Source of the DNA: Macrostomum hystrix
Taxonomy: Eukaryota; Animalia; Platyhelminthes
Assembly (NCBI GenBank): GCA_950097015.1
Contig: CATNEN010000015.1
Location: 682,001-746,000 of the forward strand
Direction: 5' to 3'
Length of the DNA stretch: 64,000 nt
The position numbers and the translations under genes were made by a program. Numbering within the stretch: the first letter of the stretch is position 1; every line of letters begins with the position of its first letter. Positions 11,511-22,967 of this stretch are shown in pieces. The notes under the pieces were generated by a model, which worked only from the letters and a program-made list of their open reading frames with translations, was not told where the DNA came from and ran no database searches.

Positions 11511-13825
11511 CGGGAGGAAAAATAGCTTGGTCCTTCCAACTGTTAAGCTTGACTGCAGCTGAGAAAGGGTCTTATGCTACAGAGATTGCTGAAATGCTTG
11601 CAGTGAAAACACAATTCTCAAATGAATTCGTTGTGTCTATTCACATTCACTTCGTGTGCTGTGCATTTTACAGAATTTTAATCAAGGCTTGAAAAAATGT
11701 CTGGCTTTTGAAGGCCGAAATCCGTTTCTAATGCCATTGACAAAATGTTTCCACTGAGAGCGGCCGCATCTGCTAAAACGAGGCTTATCGGCTTCTTTAG
11801 TGCTGAAGAGGTCATCTTCTTTTCCCAACAGTGACGCACCCTCGCAGCAGTTCACACGAGCGTTGCATGTGATGACGAGAGCCAGAAGGCGAAAAACGAA
11901 TTGCGACAGCGATGTTGCAGTGTGCCCTGATTTGCCGTAATCGACGGTGCGTGAAGGACAGAGGGTCATGCATCCCTGATTTAATTGCTGTCCATCGCTC
12001 TCAAGGCTGCCGTGCTGTAAGTTCGTTCCGGCAGCGGGATAAAGAGGCTGCGAATGAATTGTGGGCCGGCCAATTATTATGGCTCAATTAGGAAATCTTC
12101 AGCGAGAACAGATTGAGTAAAAAAGCATTGAGTGTAATGCTCGTAAGCACGCGCAGTACTCTATGAACAAATGCACGAATAACTTCGATGGCTGCTTGAT
12201 AAACTCCATTAGAAATGCATTGTAAAAGTACAATATTTTAACTCGCTTTCGCAATGACGTTCGAAAATTTAATTTAAAAAGTTTCCTTACTATCCAACTA
12301 GTGTTTTTGCCGTGGAATTTCAGGGTCCAATATAAACACCATCGGTGAACTGTCGGCTTTGAAGGTTGAAATTGAAATCGTTTTATGAAAATTCACACAC
12401 GTGAATAATTTTTGTTATACTATACTTCTAGCTCCTCGCACAGGCAGGTGAAGTGTTTGCTTCGCAAATTTCTTAAAAAACTCCCCAAAAATCCGCCCTG
12501 CGCCTCTTCCTCTTCGGTTTTCTCAGCTGACATGTTTGCTCAAGAGGAAGAGAAAACCCGAGAACCAGGGGAAGGCAGCTAGGGGCCGTTCATTTCGCAG
12601 CGCCGGTACGATCTGCAACCCACCCGCCCGGGAAAACCGGGAACGGAAGTTGGGCTGCTGCTGTTTGTGGTCGTCTGCTGGACTAGGAAGAAGTGCGTCA
12701 GGTATATCGGGTGCCAGCTCCTGCTCGGCGTTCTGTTGCACTGAAAAACTCCAGGAGGGAGGGAGTACACGGTGACGGCACGGGTCGGGTGAGATCTGTC
12801 GGCCCGTTGTTTATCCTCTTTTAAGAGAGGCCTACAGTTTTCCCGTGACGGCCGGGATTGATTTAAAGGTGTGCAGCTTCGAGTAGCCGAGATGAGCCCA
12901 GCTGAGCTCAGGGAAGAGAGTGGAACTGCTGGACAACCAGAGCTAAGCAATCAGGCCTAACATTGGCTGCAGTGATGCTTATTGAAAACAGCTGTGCTCT
13001 GAGCAGCTCTCGGAGTATTGTTGATGAAAAGATTATCTCAGTTAAGCCGCGAAAAGCTAGCTTCTGCTTAATGGCGAATTCCAAATAAGTCTACAGAAAA
13101 GTGATGCGATGCGAGCTTCGTGTGAGCACCCAACACGGATTATAGCGCCAGGTAGGCAGCTAGATATACTGATTCGCCAGGTAACTAATCTAACACTTGT
13201 GATGATGGGGCTCGAGGGCTCAGTCCTCAGGGGCGCCCCACGGACCCGGGCTACTGACCCTACTGACCCTGGCTACGGTCGACCCGCGTACGACACAGAG
13301 TCGGCTGGACTAGGCAGATCGAGCGTACGACGCACGATAGCCTCCAGTGAGCGTACGACGCACACTGGTGAAGGTGAGATTGGGGTACGACGCTCCACTT
13401 CCCCTAGGGTGCCTAAAGCTAGCCCGCAAAGGACAAACACGGAGTCGAAGGCTTACCAACCAGCAGTTAACAACAGTCGCGCGGCGCAGGCAGGGCCGGA
13501 TGACGGGAGGTAAAACCCGTGTATTGTTAATCAGTCGAGTATCGTAAATCAGACAGAGCAGCGTTCCCGTCAGTCGTTGTTTTTAGGCGTCGCATGTAGT
13601 TGACTTGAGGGGGGCCGGCGGTAGCAGAGGCCGAGATCCAGCGCTCCACAATAAATAGCACCGCGGCGGGGGGGAAGACCATGTCTAAAGCCCCACCCCC
13701 GAGGGGCAGACCCAAGACCCCCAAAACACGGCCCCGCCAATCAGCGCAGCACACGCATTGATAACTAGGGGGAGGGAGGGTACAGCGACAGGTGTAAGCC
13801 GGCTGTGACAAATAACCGGGGGTAG

Positions 13826-13945
13826 AGGCACAGGGTCAAAATGGCCCAGCCAATCAGCGCAGGGTAGAGGCGCAGGGTCAAAATGGCCCAGCCAATCAGC
13901 GCAGGGTAGAGGCGCAGGGTCAAAATGGCCCAGCCAATCAGCGCA
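13826..13945. repeat. 42-bp tandem repeat (~3 copies), each carrying an AGCCAATCAG CCAAT-box motif
   Basis: cagggtcaaaatggcccagccaatcagcgcagggtagaggcg x~2.8. A further ccaatcagcgc lies at ~13737. Confidence 0.8.
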
Positions 13946-14914
13946 GGCCGAGGTAAAAAATAAACAACCACTGGGGAGGATTCGACCCGAACCTTAACTA
14001 AGCCCAGTCACCACGCGCTCATGCACGTGCAAAGCGCAAAGCACTTTAGGATTTCGCGTTGCATCTGAGCGTTCTCGTTAAAAGCCTCGTTTCTGACGCT
14101 GCTTGTAATGCCGCTCTCAAATCCCTGTGTCCGCTTCTGAAATCTGACGAAAATCTGACGAGAATGCCGCCTGGCGAAACACAACATGGCACCGAGTAAT
14201 GGCGCGAACCCAAACGGTCTCGTTGACCACCAGTCAACTTCGGGCTCTGAGTTATGCCACTAATGTTGCCATGTTGGACCATGATGTCCAACATCATCGG
14301 GAACCAGCTGTGCCAGGTGCACGCGGTCTTTTTAGCCAACAACCGTGAAGAGAACAACAGCTTGCCCTAAATCCACATTCGAAATTTAGTACAGCAAGAA
14401 GTGATTTTAACTGCGGAACAGCTGTTATATATTTTCAAAGACATCATATACTGCAGAAAACGCAATAGACGCTGTATGGTCTGACAACTTTCCTGATGGA
14501 CTCATGAGTGGGAAGAAGTGAGAGGAAGTGCTCCCACTCTGCCTGCACAGGAAGTGTTAATCCAGGTGATCCAGATCAGAGATAAGCGCAGGTGAGCCTG
14601 AGGACGAGCAAACATTCAGCTGGAAGGACTGCATAAGAAAAGGCAAACAGAGAGACAGGAGATTAACTGATGGTTTGATGCAAAATCCTGAACCAAGGTA
14701 GCAATATTCTAGAACAGTACAGCATATGCTTCATGCTCAAGCTTGATTCTCTGACTGAATGATGCTCTAACTTTGCAGCCACCGTCAGCGCATAATCCTA
14801 TCATTGTAGCGTCTCTGTCTGTTGACGTTCCAACCCGGAAACACGCACTCTCGTATTCTATCTGCGAGCTCCCTTTTCGGGTTTTACAATAGAAAGATCA
14901 CGCTAGACTTTTCC

Positions 14915-15311
14915 CCATACGGACCACGGGGGTAATTCAAATACCCACTGCCTACTTCTCGATGGCTCCCAAACAGCGAATGACCGATTTTCATGAAATT
15001 TCACTAAATTGGATCAAAATTTTCTGCCTTTTACGATGAGCTAACTTTAAAAGCCGTCCGACGTCAGCATCGTCGAGATATTATGAAATTCTTGTCGAAG
15101 ACCTTGGTGAAAAATAGAACTACAATTGCTCAGTATAAGCCTCTATGGCGAATTCATACTCGTTGAATAATGAAAAAATTAACAGTAATGATAGCCGACA
15201 TAGTTACATAATGAAATTGGTGATATTGGTGATTAAGCCGCCAGACACTCCGACGAGAATCGTTGAATATCTCGGCAATGCCGATGTTTCGTGATTCTGG
15301 AAGTTATTTAA
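14915..15311. repeat. Right arm of the diverged inverted repeat pair, interrupted at its outer end by the TTAA MITE
   Basis: Reverse complement of 11137-11510. Homology resumes beyond the MITE at ~15910-15930 (ttccgctc motif). Confidence 0.7.
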
Positions 15312-15909
15312 CAGTAGGACTACCAAGCCATTTTGCCGCCCGTTTTTATACCAAGGGGGGGGGCGAATTTCCCCCCTGAGAACATTTTTGGAAGCGCCTG
15401 AAAGCTAACCGCGTAGGGTGGTGACTGATTGGCTGACAGACTAGGCGATGGTGTACTGTGGTTGAGCTGCGCCTAATATTTTGGCTTCAGCAGTGAAATT
15501 TTAGAAATTCGCGTCAGTGTCCAGAGTGGCCTATTTCCACATTTTTTGCATTTGAAGGTCCCGCAGTCCGTCTAGATAAAGGTAGGTGACCACCAAAGAC
15601 GAAGATGATGCAGGCACATTCGGGTGACATGCTGATAAAGTTTGAAGGTCTGGAAAGGCCGCACTGAGGCGCAGTGCAAATTCGTGTATAGGGGTGTGTG
15701 AAATACACTAGCTCTTGCGGAAAAAATCGGACCTTCGGCCAGAAACATTGAATATCTCGACGGTCTGAAGAGCTGACGACTTGTTTCTTGTTTCAGAAGA
15801 TGCGCAACAAAAATTTGGCCCGTGTTCTTGAGTTTCGTGTGCTTGCATTGTTCCGTTCGGGTGCAGCAAAAAAAATTGTCAGGGGGGAATTTCCTTGGTT
15901 GTTCTACTG
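15312..15909. mobile_element. Non-autonomous CAG...CTG element (MITE) with TTAA TSD; right TIR internally deleted
   Basis: Starts cagtaggactaccaagccattttgccgcccgtttttatacc and ends ccttggttgttctactg. TTAA at 15308-15311 and 15910-15913. Internal sequence is homologous to the copy at 48840-49474. Confidence 0.85.
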
Positions 15910-18269
15910 TTAATCGGATGGAGCGGAAATATTAGATTTATTTTGGGAGACACATAAGAAAGAAAAATGTGGGTATTTTTATGCAATAAATCAAGACCAC
16001 GAGCGCTTCTTACACTCTGATTAGGCTGTGCGGCAATGCAGAAGGCCGCTGCACCACAGGTTGCCCGCGTTGACCATATTCATTTCGGCCCTCCTCCGGA
16101 CTCCAGCAGAGCGTGACGAGGCGGGCCGTGACTGCCCCAGGGCTGTGACCGTGGAGCGGGACTTTTCCAGCCGAAATTGGAGCGAGCGGTTTGAGCTGCA
16201 AGCGAGAAGCAGACCGATGAGGCTAATCAGGCACATCCCTGTGCGAGGCGAGCTCTATTATTGAGCATCACGCATCGTTGGACATCTTTCTCTGGGACTG
16301 TAAAAATATGAATTTCGACTGCTCAAGTCCTTCTCGGTTCTTTAGTACGCCATCGGGGAGAATGGCCCTGGCTTCTAGGAAAAAATGCCACTTTAAGCAT
16401 AACGAAATTAAAGTCGGTCATTCTATCTAAAATTAGGGTGATTAGTACGCTGAATGTAAGATTCGGCCGGCACTGTGAAGATAGTGAAATTGAAATTTGC
16501 TTTTGGGGTTCTAGAAGTGTCTTCAATTCTTCAGCTGAGATGGCCTGAAAGTGCGCCTCTTCCGCGCAGACGATATCCCTGTACGACGTGTAAGCTGTGC
16601 CTGTGATATTCTGCGATTTCCGAGGAAGTCCAGCTCAGCATGACTGCTGGCGAAGACCGCCGCGGGCTCAGGCTTGGGCTCCACAGGCGGCAGCAGTTGG
16701 AAGTCAGGGTGGTGCAGCAGATCAGCAGGTGGCTAGCCGTTTTCTTGCCTTTGCCACAGAAACAGCCAGCGAGCGCAGCGTTGACACCGTGCCGTCGACA
16801 ACGCGGCTGTCATGCAGGGCCGGGCAGCGTCGGCTCTCAGTTGGTGGATCAGCAGCTGTTCAGCAGACTGATGTCTCTCGGCCGCAGAGACACTGGCACA
16901 GCCAAGCCAGAGCTCGTGCCCCTCGTGACAGAAAGGTAAATGCCGGGTGCGATGACCCTGTAGAGCCGTGACCTTGTGATACGGGCGTGAACCCAACCTG
17001 CTGTTGCCCGGAGATTGCGTCCCTGCCTATACTGCTGCCCAGGTGCTGGTGGGTAAGCAGATGGCCCAAGGAGCGAGGGGCGCAGCGATCAGATTCGGTT
17101 AGTGTTATGTATTCTGTTTCTTGTTCTGCAGCTTTAACAAATTTAACAACAGCCAGTTTACACTGGCCCTCCTTCATCAGGACCGACACATTACTGCTAA
17201 ACTTTGAAGCTGAGCTGTGAGTGCTAAAATTTGTCATGTATTTCTTGCTACGGATACGAGCCGTATGTTTTCAATGAGACTTTCATTCCTTCAAGCCTTC
17301 AGACACCCTCTGATGCTCCAGACGATGATAACGATGAAGCAACCTGACGATGTCGACCACCACTTGGCTGATAGTAAGTTATACGAGTAGGAAATAGGCG
17401 ACATTCTAGCGACAATCAAGAGCAAAGACGCTGCTGAATTGTTATACGTAATGTGCATCTAGTGTAGAGTGTATTTGCTTTGTGAATTTTAATCATTTCA
17501 CATCATTCCGCCTGGCAAACCAAACTGTTGGCTGGTTAAACGGTTAGTTTTAGTCAAACAAAAATGGGATCGACTGTGATCGAGTCTCGCTGTGCGAGGT
17601 TGATTTAAAATTTGTGTTTTCGCACCGGAAAACTTTTCTGTCGAGACAATATGCTCTCCTTGCTCTCGCTATGCTCGTCATATTCTGGCCAGCGAGCTCT
17701 GAAAAGGCGGGGCACGCTACTTTCCCAGCACCCTGTTACTGCCTGAGCGGATCAACGACTCAACTGCAGGACGCACGTCTTTGAAAAACTATCACCTGGG
17801 CGACAAAAAGTTGCATGGCTTGAGTTGGTATAATTTAGTTTTACGCATTAATCGAAATATACTACTGACTATAAATGACGGGAAAATCATATTCAGCTGT
17901 AAATTATTTTTCTTTGCTTAATTTAACTTTTGCTAATTTGCTAACCTTTCGCTGTTTCAGCTGTCCCTTCTCTACGAAGTAAGTATCTACCTGGATGATG
18001 TTTCAGGCACCGAGTTCATCAATAAGAATCATTCCTACAGCAAAAAATTGCAAACCAGCACTGGATTTTGCGTTTTCCAGGTGGCGAGAGCGATTATGCA
18101 GAATAGTTTTATGTAACCTGCCGAGTAATTGCGAGGAGGCCGCCTAGCCTTTGTTGGCTTGCTGTTGTGACGATATCGTTTGCTTAATCGTCGTATTAGC
18201 AACTTCAACGATAATATGGCGGCGTGTTATTGGTGATAGCAGATGGCGCCATCTGCAGTGGATGCACCT

Positions 18270-18833
18270 GTTGCAGACTCTTGTGCTGTTGCAGACTCTT
18301 GTGCTGTTGCAGACTCTTGTGCTGTTGCAGACTCTTGTGCTGTTGCAGACTCTTGTGCTGTTGCAGACTCTTGTGCTGTTGCAGACTCTTGTGCTGTTGC
18401 AGACTCTTGTGCTGTTGCAGACTCTTGTGCTGTTGCAGACTCTTGTGCTGTTGCAGACTCTTGTGCTGTTGCAGACTCTTGTGCTGTTGCAGACTCTTGT
18501 GCTGTTGCAGACTCTTGTGCTGTTGCAGACTCTTGTGCTGTTGCAGACTCTTGTGCTGTTGCAGACTCTTGTGCTGTTGCAGACTCTTGTGCTGTTGCAG
18601 ACTCTTGTGCTGTTGCAGACTCTTGTGCTGTTGCAGACTCTTGTGCTGTTGCAGACTCTTGTGCTGTTGCAGACTCTTGTGCTGTTGCAGACTCTTGTGC
18701 TGTTGCAGACTCTTGTGCTGTTGCAGACTCTTGTGCTGTTGCAGACTCTTGTGCTGTTGCAGACTCTTGTGCTGTTGCAGACTCTTGTGCTGTTGCAGAC
18801 TCTTGTGCTGTTGCAGACTCTTGTGCTGTTGCA
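18270..18833. repeat. Perfect 18-bp minisatellite, ~31 copies
   Basis: Unit tgttgcagactcttgtgc. It has no stop codon in any frame, hence six overlapping repeat ORFs. Confidence 0.97.
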
Positions 18834-19033
18834 GTGTATTCGCCAGAGAATTGAGCGGCATGCATTGCAAGTGATGGGGCGGGGCCATGTCAAAATTTGC
18901 GGATACTGCATCACGTTTGCCAGTCAGAGTTATCGGCACGTTTCTCCCGCATGTGCTTTCAGACCGCCAAGCTCCGCCAGACCGCCACCTCAGTCGCTGG
19001 GCCCGAGAACTGCTTCTACTGAGGGTTGCATGC

Positions 19034-19620
19034 AGGGGCGAGGGGGGTCAGCGGCTAACGTCGCTGCCTCGCATTCCAAAGGACGCTAGTTCGATTCACC
19101 CTTCACGTCACGATTAATTTCGGTACTTGTTGGGGGGGTTTGGACAGTAGCGACCGGCGGAGGTGCACCATATTTCGTGCAATCAAAGCTTGAAAAATAG
19201 CTTCGCTCCTACCTTTCTGTGTGCCTGTTCTGCGTTGTATGAGTTATGTGCGTTGGCGCTGGGGCGTTAGACCTTGCGGGGGGTGGCTGGGGGGCGGGTG
19301 TACACCGCCGCGCGCTCATCTGGATTTCCGTCAGCGCGATTGGATAAAGTGTACACTCGTCACCCGCCCCCCCCCTGAGGACTGATTTCTATCAGCCTTC
19401 CGCCCCGGCTTGGTCTGCTCTCTGCGTGTGCGGGCCTGGGGTGAGAGGCACTCCGGCTGCCGCCCCCTTCCCCGCTTGGCTTGCTACTGTGTGTGTGAGG
19501 TGCCTGCTCAGGGGAGGCGGCGCGATGGGTGGCTCTCGCCTAGTTCGCCGGCCTGGGGGCATGCCGTTCCTGTGTTTGTGCGTCAAGTGCCCCAGGCCCC
19601 CCTGCAAAGTAAGTAAGTAA
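19034..19620 (+). mobile_element. tRNA-derived SINE (~590 bp) with 13-bp TSD and (TAAG)n tail
   Basis: TSD gagggttgcatgc at 19021-19033 and 19621-19633. Head has an A-box-like gggtcagcgg and a B-box-like agttcgattc. 3' end is aagtaagtaagtaa. Confidence 0.8.
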
Positions 19621-20804
19621 GAGGGTTGCATGCGAGCGCTAGGCCTTCAAATGCGTCACAAACTGTCCAATTTCGCTAGTGGTTCTTGTCGAGCATGCTT
19701 TTGATGGACGGTGGCTAACTGGCCTGCTGGGCCGCCTGGTGGCGAAGGCTTCCGAAGTCGTCTATTTTGCACTCAATGACAAATATGAGATTAATTAATT
19801 CTAATAGGCTTGTCATTGTACTTTAATTATCCAGAGCCTAAATTTTGTTTTACGCATCCTTGCAACAGATACCATTTTATTGATTTATTTATATTTTAAA
19901 CGCGCATGCCATCTGTGTGTTCTGATTTTTTAATGTATATTTTTGATAATTTAATTGATCGACAAAGAAGAGTTTTTCCAGAGATTTTATTTTTTAAATT
20001 CGATCGTGCAATTTTGCACTTACTGCATAGTCTATTTTCATAAGGAATTTTAATTCTGGCAGCTCGCAATGTTGCGAGCTTGATTGCAAAGCGGTTTTTT
20101 TCGGCAGACACTGCATCAGTCGCCAATGAGAATTCAAGTGGTACCTCTTGAATACTGGAGCCTCTAGAGAGGATCTCTGGCATCAACGGTTTTGTCATGT
20201 CAATGAGAACCAGTTGAAGCAATTCAGCCCTTTAATTCATCCATTCCTACACACCCCAGAAAGATATGTGTAAAGTTCAGTCGCTTGATTGTTAGGTATG
20301 AAAAAGTTTAACTTTTTAATAAGATGCTGTTCAATACTGGTTTCAGCAAACTGATGGCAGTGAAATGAAGGCCATTTTTTTCGCAGGAGGGCTGTGGAAA
20401 ATGGCACATCATTTGGTGACAGTATGACAAATACTACTGTAAGTAGAAGTAATTGATTTTGAAGTAAAAGTCAATTTGCTTTTTATTTGGTATAGAAAAA
20501 ACTATAAACACTTAAGTGCTGAAGGTATTTTCCTGACTGGCTTCAATAAAGGGCGACGTCAAACTCAGGGGACCAAATATGGCCACAATGGCTTGCCTTG
20601 ATGGTGTGCCACTGCAGGTGCTAACCGACTAATTGAAGACAAACAACTTGTTCCAAAATTTCATCTTAGAATTATCATAGGGATCTTGGTACACTTTTAT
20701 TAACTTAAATTTAGTCTCATTACAATGAAGCACTGATTTGTTCTTAACGAAACTTCTCAGTTCACACACTGATCACGCCCTGGACCGTTGCAGCCTTCAT
20801 CGCA

Positions 20805-22544
20805 TTAGCCGATTATCTGCGGCACAGGCAGTTCACAATTCCCATTTACTTCAATCCTGCCCGACTCCGCACAGGTGGCATAGCAGCGGCCGTTCACTTT
20901 GAAGTTCCGACACGCCACGCACATGTCTGGCCCGGGTCCCCAGCATTCGTCCTGGCACTGAGCATCGCAGGTAGCGTTCCGGCAAATCTCGCTGCTGTCA
21001 TCAAAGCTCAGGTTTTTTATTGTAATTTCAAATTCTTTAGTGACTTCCTGGATTTCTCGGATTCGATTGCTTGGATACCAGGCCCTGCAAAGATCACTAA
21101 TATACTCAAGCTGAAGGTGATGAGTATATTCCAAGCTAGCTAGTCCGAGGTATCTTGTCTGGAGCCAGAACATGTTAAGGGTATCAGTGACGAGTTTGAT
21201 ATTACGTAGTGATCGGAAATGGTCTGGCAAGTATTTAGTTGTCCAAATTGTTAAATTGCCGTAAAAGTACTCTAAATTCTCCAATACTCTAAGGCTATCT
21301 AAGCTACTTAACGCAGCATCAGACACGTGTAGAGAAGAATAGGCCCTCCAAATCGAACACTGCTCAGTCCTCAATAAGTATGCTAAATTGTCTGACATTA
21401 CATCGGAGACATTGCACGATTTGCAGGGCTTAGAGCTAATTTTGTCAATACACTTTGTGCAAACTCCTTTGATAGGGACTTCTGCTGACGGACACTCGAT
21501 TAAACAGCGCCTGCCGTCAGAGCTAACAATAAAGGGCAGTGAGCACTTCTCTACGCAGATGTTGCCGATCTGTCGCCAAACAGTCACGCCAGTGCCATTA
21601 CCACTAGCGGTGCTAGTATTCGACGGACAGGATTCTCTACAGACACCATTGAACAATACTCCACTCCGACAGGCGAAGCACTCGTTGGGCCGGTTTGAGC
21701 AACCGCCAAGGCAGTCGTCGTGGCAGCAGTCTTCTTGGCCAGTGGTCGGGTTACGGAAGCATAGGTTCGTAAATTTGCACTTGCGCTTACGACACAGATG
21801 ATTACTTTGGCAGCCATCGACACCGTCGGACCAGCAAGTTTGGTTATAAATTGGAGTACGAGAACAATTAGCGTGACAGGAAAGGAGATGACTGCAGTCA
21901 CGCCTATCAAGCACACCGGAGATCGAGCTTCTCTCAAGAACTTGGTCATCTCCAGTACTAAGAGAAAGCACATCATCAAAAAAGCGCTGGCCTGGTTCTT
22001 GAAACATGCTTGGCCAGTTGATACTGTGGGACAGGTGGCAGTACAAGCTAGGTTTCATTTTTTTACCAGCTAGACGAACATTTCTCCTTGTGATAGCAGT
22101 CAACTTGGGCAATTCCAGCTTGCTCATTTTCTGCGACAATATTACAAATGTTTCCGAATAAGATTTTTCAAAAGCGGAACCTCGGATGGTGCGCAAGTTG
22201 CGGAAGGTGACGCGCTCAAGGTTGACGTTCTCGATCTTTATTTTTCCTCTGATCTCCACGATGGAGTCAAGGAAGTCAGTTTGCATGCCTCGAATTGCAT
22301 CGTCCAGCGGTTTGTACGTTGATTGGTTAATACCTATATTCCTCAATGTCACGTCGCCGAAAACATACTGGCAGCCAGCTACTAAAGCCGTCAAGTCCGC
22401 CTGCAAGCGACTAACATTTCTGTGGTTCTCATATTCGTCGTCTGAGATATGTAAGAATTTGCAGATCCGGATGCCAGAAGCAACATTGTCGTGAAACAAC
22501 GGAAGCAAAAGAAGCAACCGAAAAACAAGCTGCAGGAAATTCAT
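20805..22544 (-). CDS. Intronless secreted EGFR/ErbB-type ectodomain protein (L1 - furin-like CR - L2 - partial domain IV), 579 aa; no TM, no kinase
   Basis: Hydrophobic signal peptide (MNFLQLVFRLLLLLPLFHDNVASG). L1 motifs GCQYVFGDV / FRNLRTIRG / LELPKLTAI. Cys-rich CCHDDCLGGCS..CFACR..GVCRESCP. L2 (LENLEYFYGNLTIW..LGLASLE). CWGPGPDMCVACRNF is typical of EGFR domain IV start. TAA is followed by AATAAA on the minus strand at 20696-20701. Confidence 0.88.
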   Translation of the reverse strand: MNFLQLVFRLLLLLPLFHDNVASGIRICKFLHISDDEYENHRNVSRLQADLTALVAGCQYVFGDVTLRNIGINQSTYKPLDDAIRGMQTDFLDSIVEIRGKIKIENVNLERVTFRNLRTIRGSAFEKSYSETFVILSQKMSKLELPKLTAITRRNVRLAGKKMKPSLYCHLSHSINWPSMFQEPGQRFFDDVLSLSTGDDQVLERSSISGVLDRRDCSHLLSCHANCSRTPIYNQTCWSDGVDGCQSNHLCRKRKCKFTNLCFRNPTTGQEDCCHDDCLGGCSNRPNECFACRSGVLFNGVCRESCPSNTSTASGNGTGVTVWRQIGNICVEKCSLPFIVSSDGRRCLIECPSAEVPIKGVCTKCIDKISSKPCKSCNVSDVMSDNLAYLLRTEQCSIWRAYSSLHVSDAALSSLDSLRVLENLEYFYGNLTIWTTKYLPDHFRSLRNIKLVTDTLNMFWLQTRYLGLASLEYTHHLQLEYISDLCRAWYPSNRIREIQEVTKEFEITIKNLSFDDSSEICRNATCDAQCQDECWGPGPDMCVACRNFKVNGRCYATCAESGRIEVNGNCELPVPQIIG

Positions 22545-22967
22545 TTTCTTAAATCACCTCTGCCGTGCTTTGTTTCTATTTTGATTCCCAGCTCTGAAGC
22601 TTTTCACTTCTTTAAATACGAGTGAAAATCGAATTGCTTCCCGCCACGCCATTTAAGTCATGACGAATTGAATGAAATGCGACTCGTCGAAAATAAAATT
22701 CCTTCACAGGCAAGTTTAAAAAAAATGACATAACTTTCCCCATTTTGCCCGTTTCTCTGACTCCACAGAAAAACTTACTCAAAAAATTTCTGCCGCATGC
22801 TTTTTAAAAAGAAGTATAAAAATCAATCAATAGTTACAAGTAAAATAAGTTTAGCTTGCTTTCTTTTTGGCTCTTAAATTCCAGGAGTTAATTGTGCTCC
22901 AACTCGGGCAATTCTCAGTGAAAGAAGCGACGAAAGTTAACGTAAAGGCATCTTTGTTTCAAAACTA

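Noticed and set aside
16010-17240. GC-rich block with many short overlapping ORFs
   Set aside because: No consistent frame, splice pattern or domain motif recognised. Possibly a decayed element.
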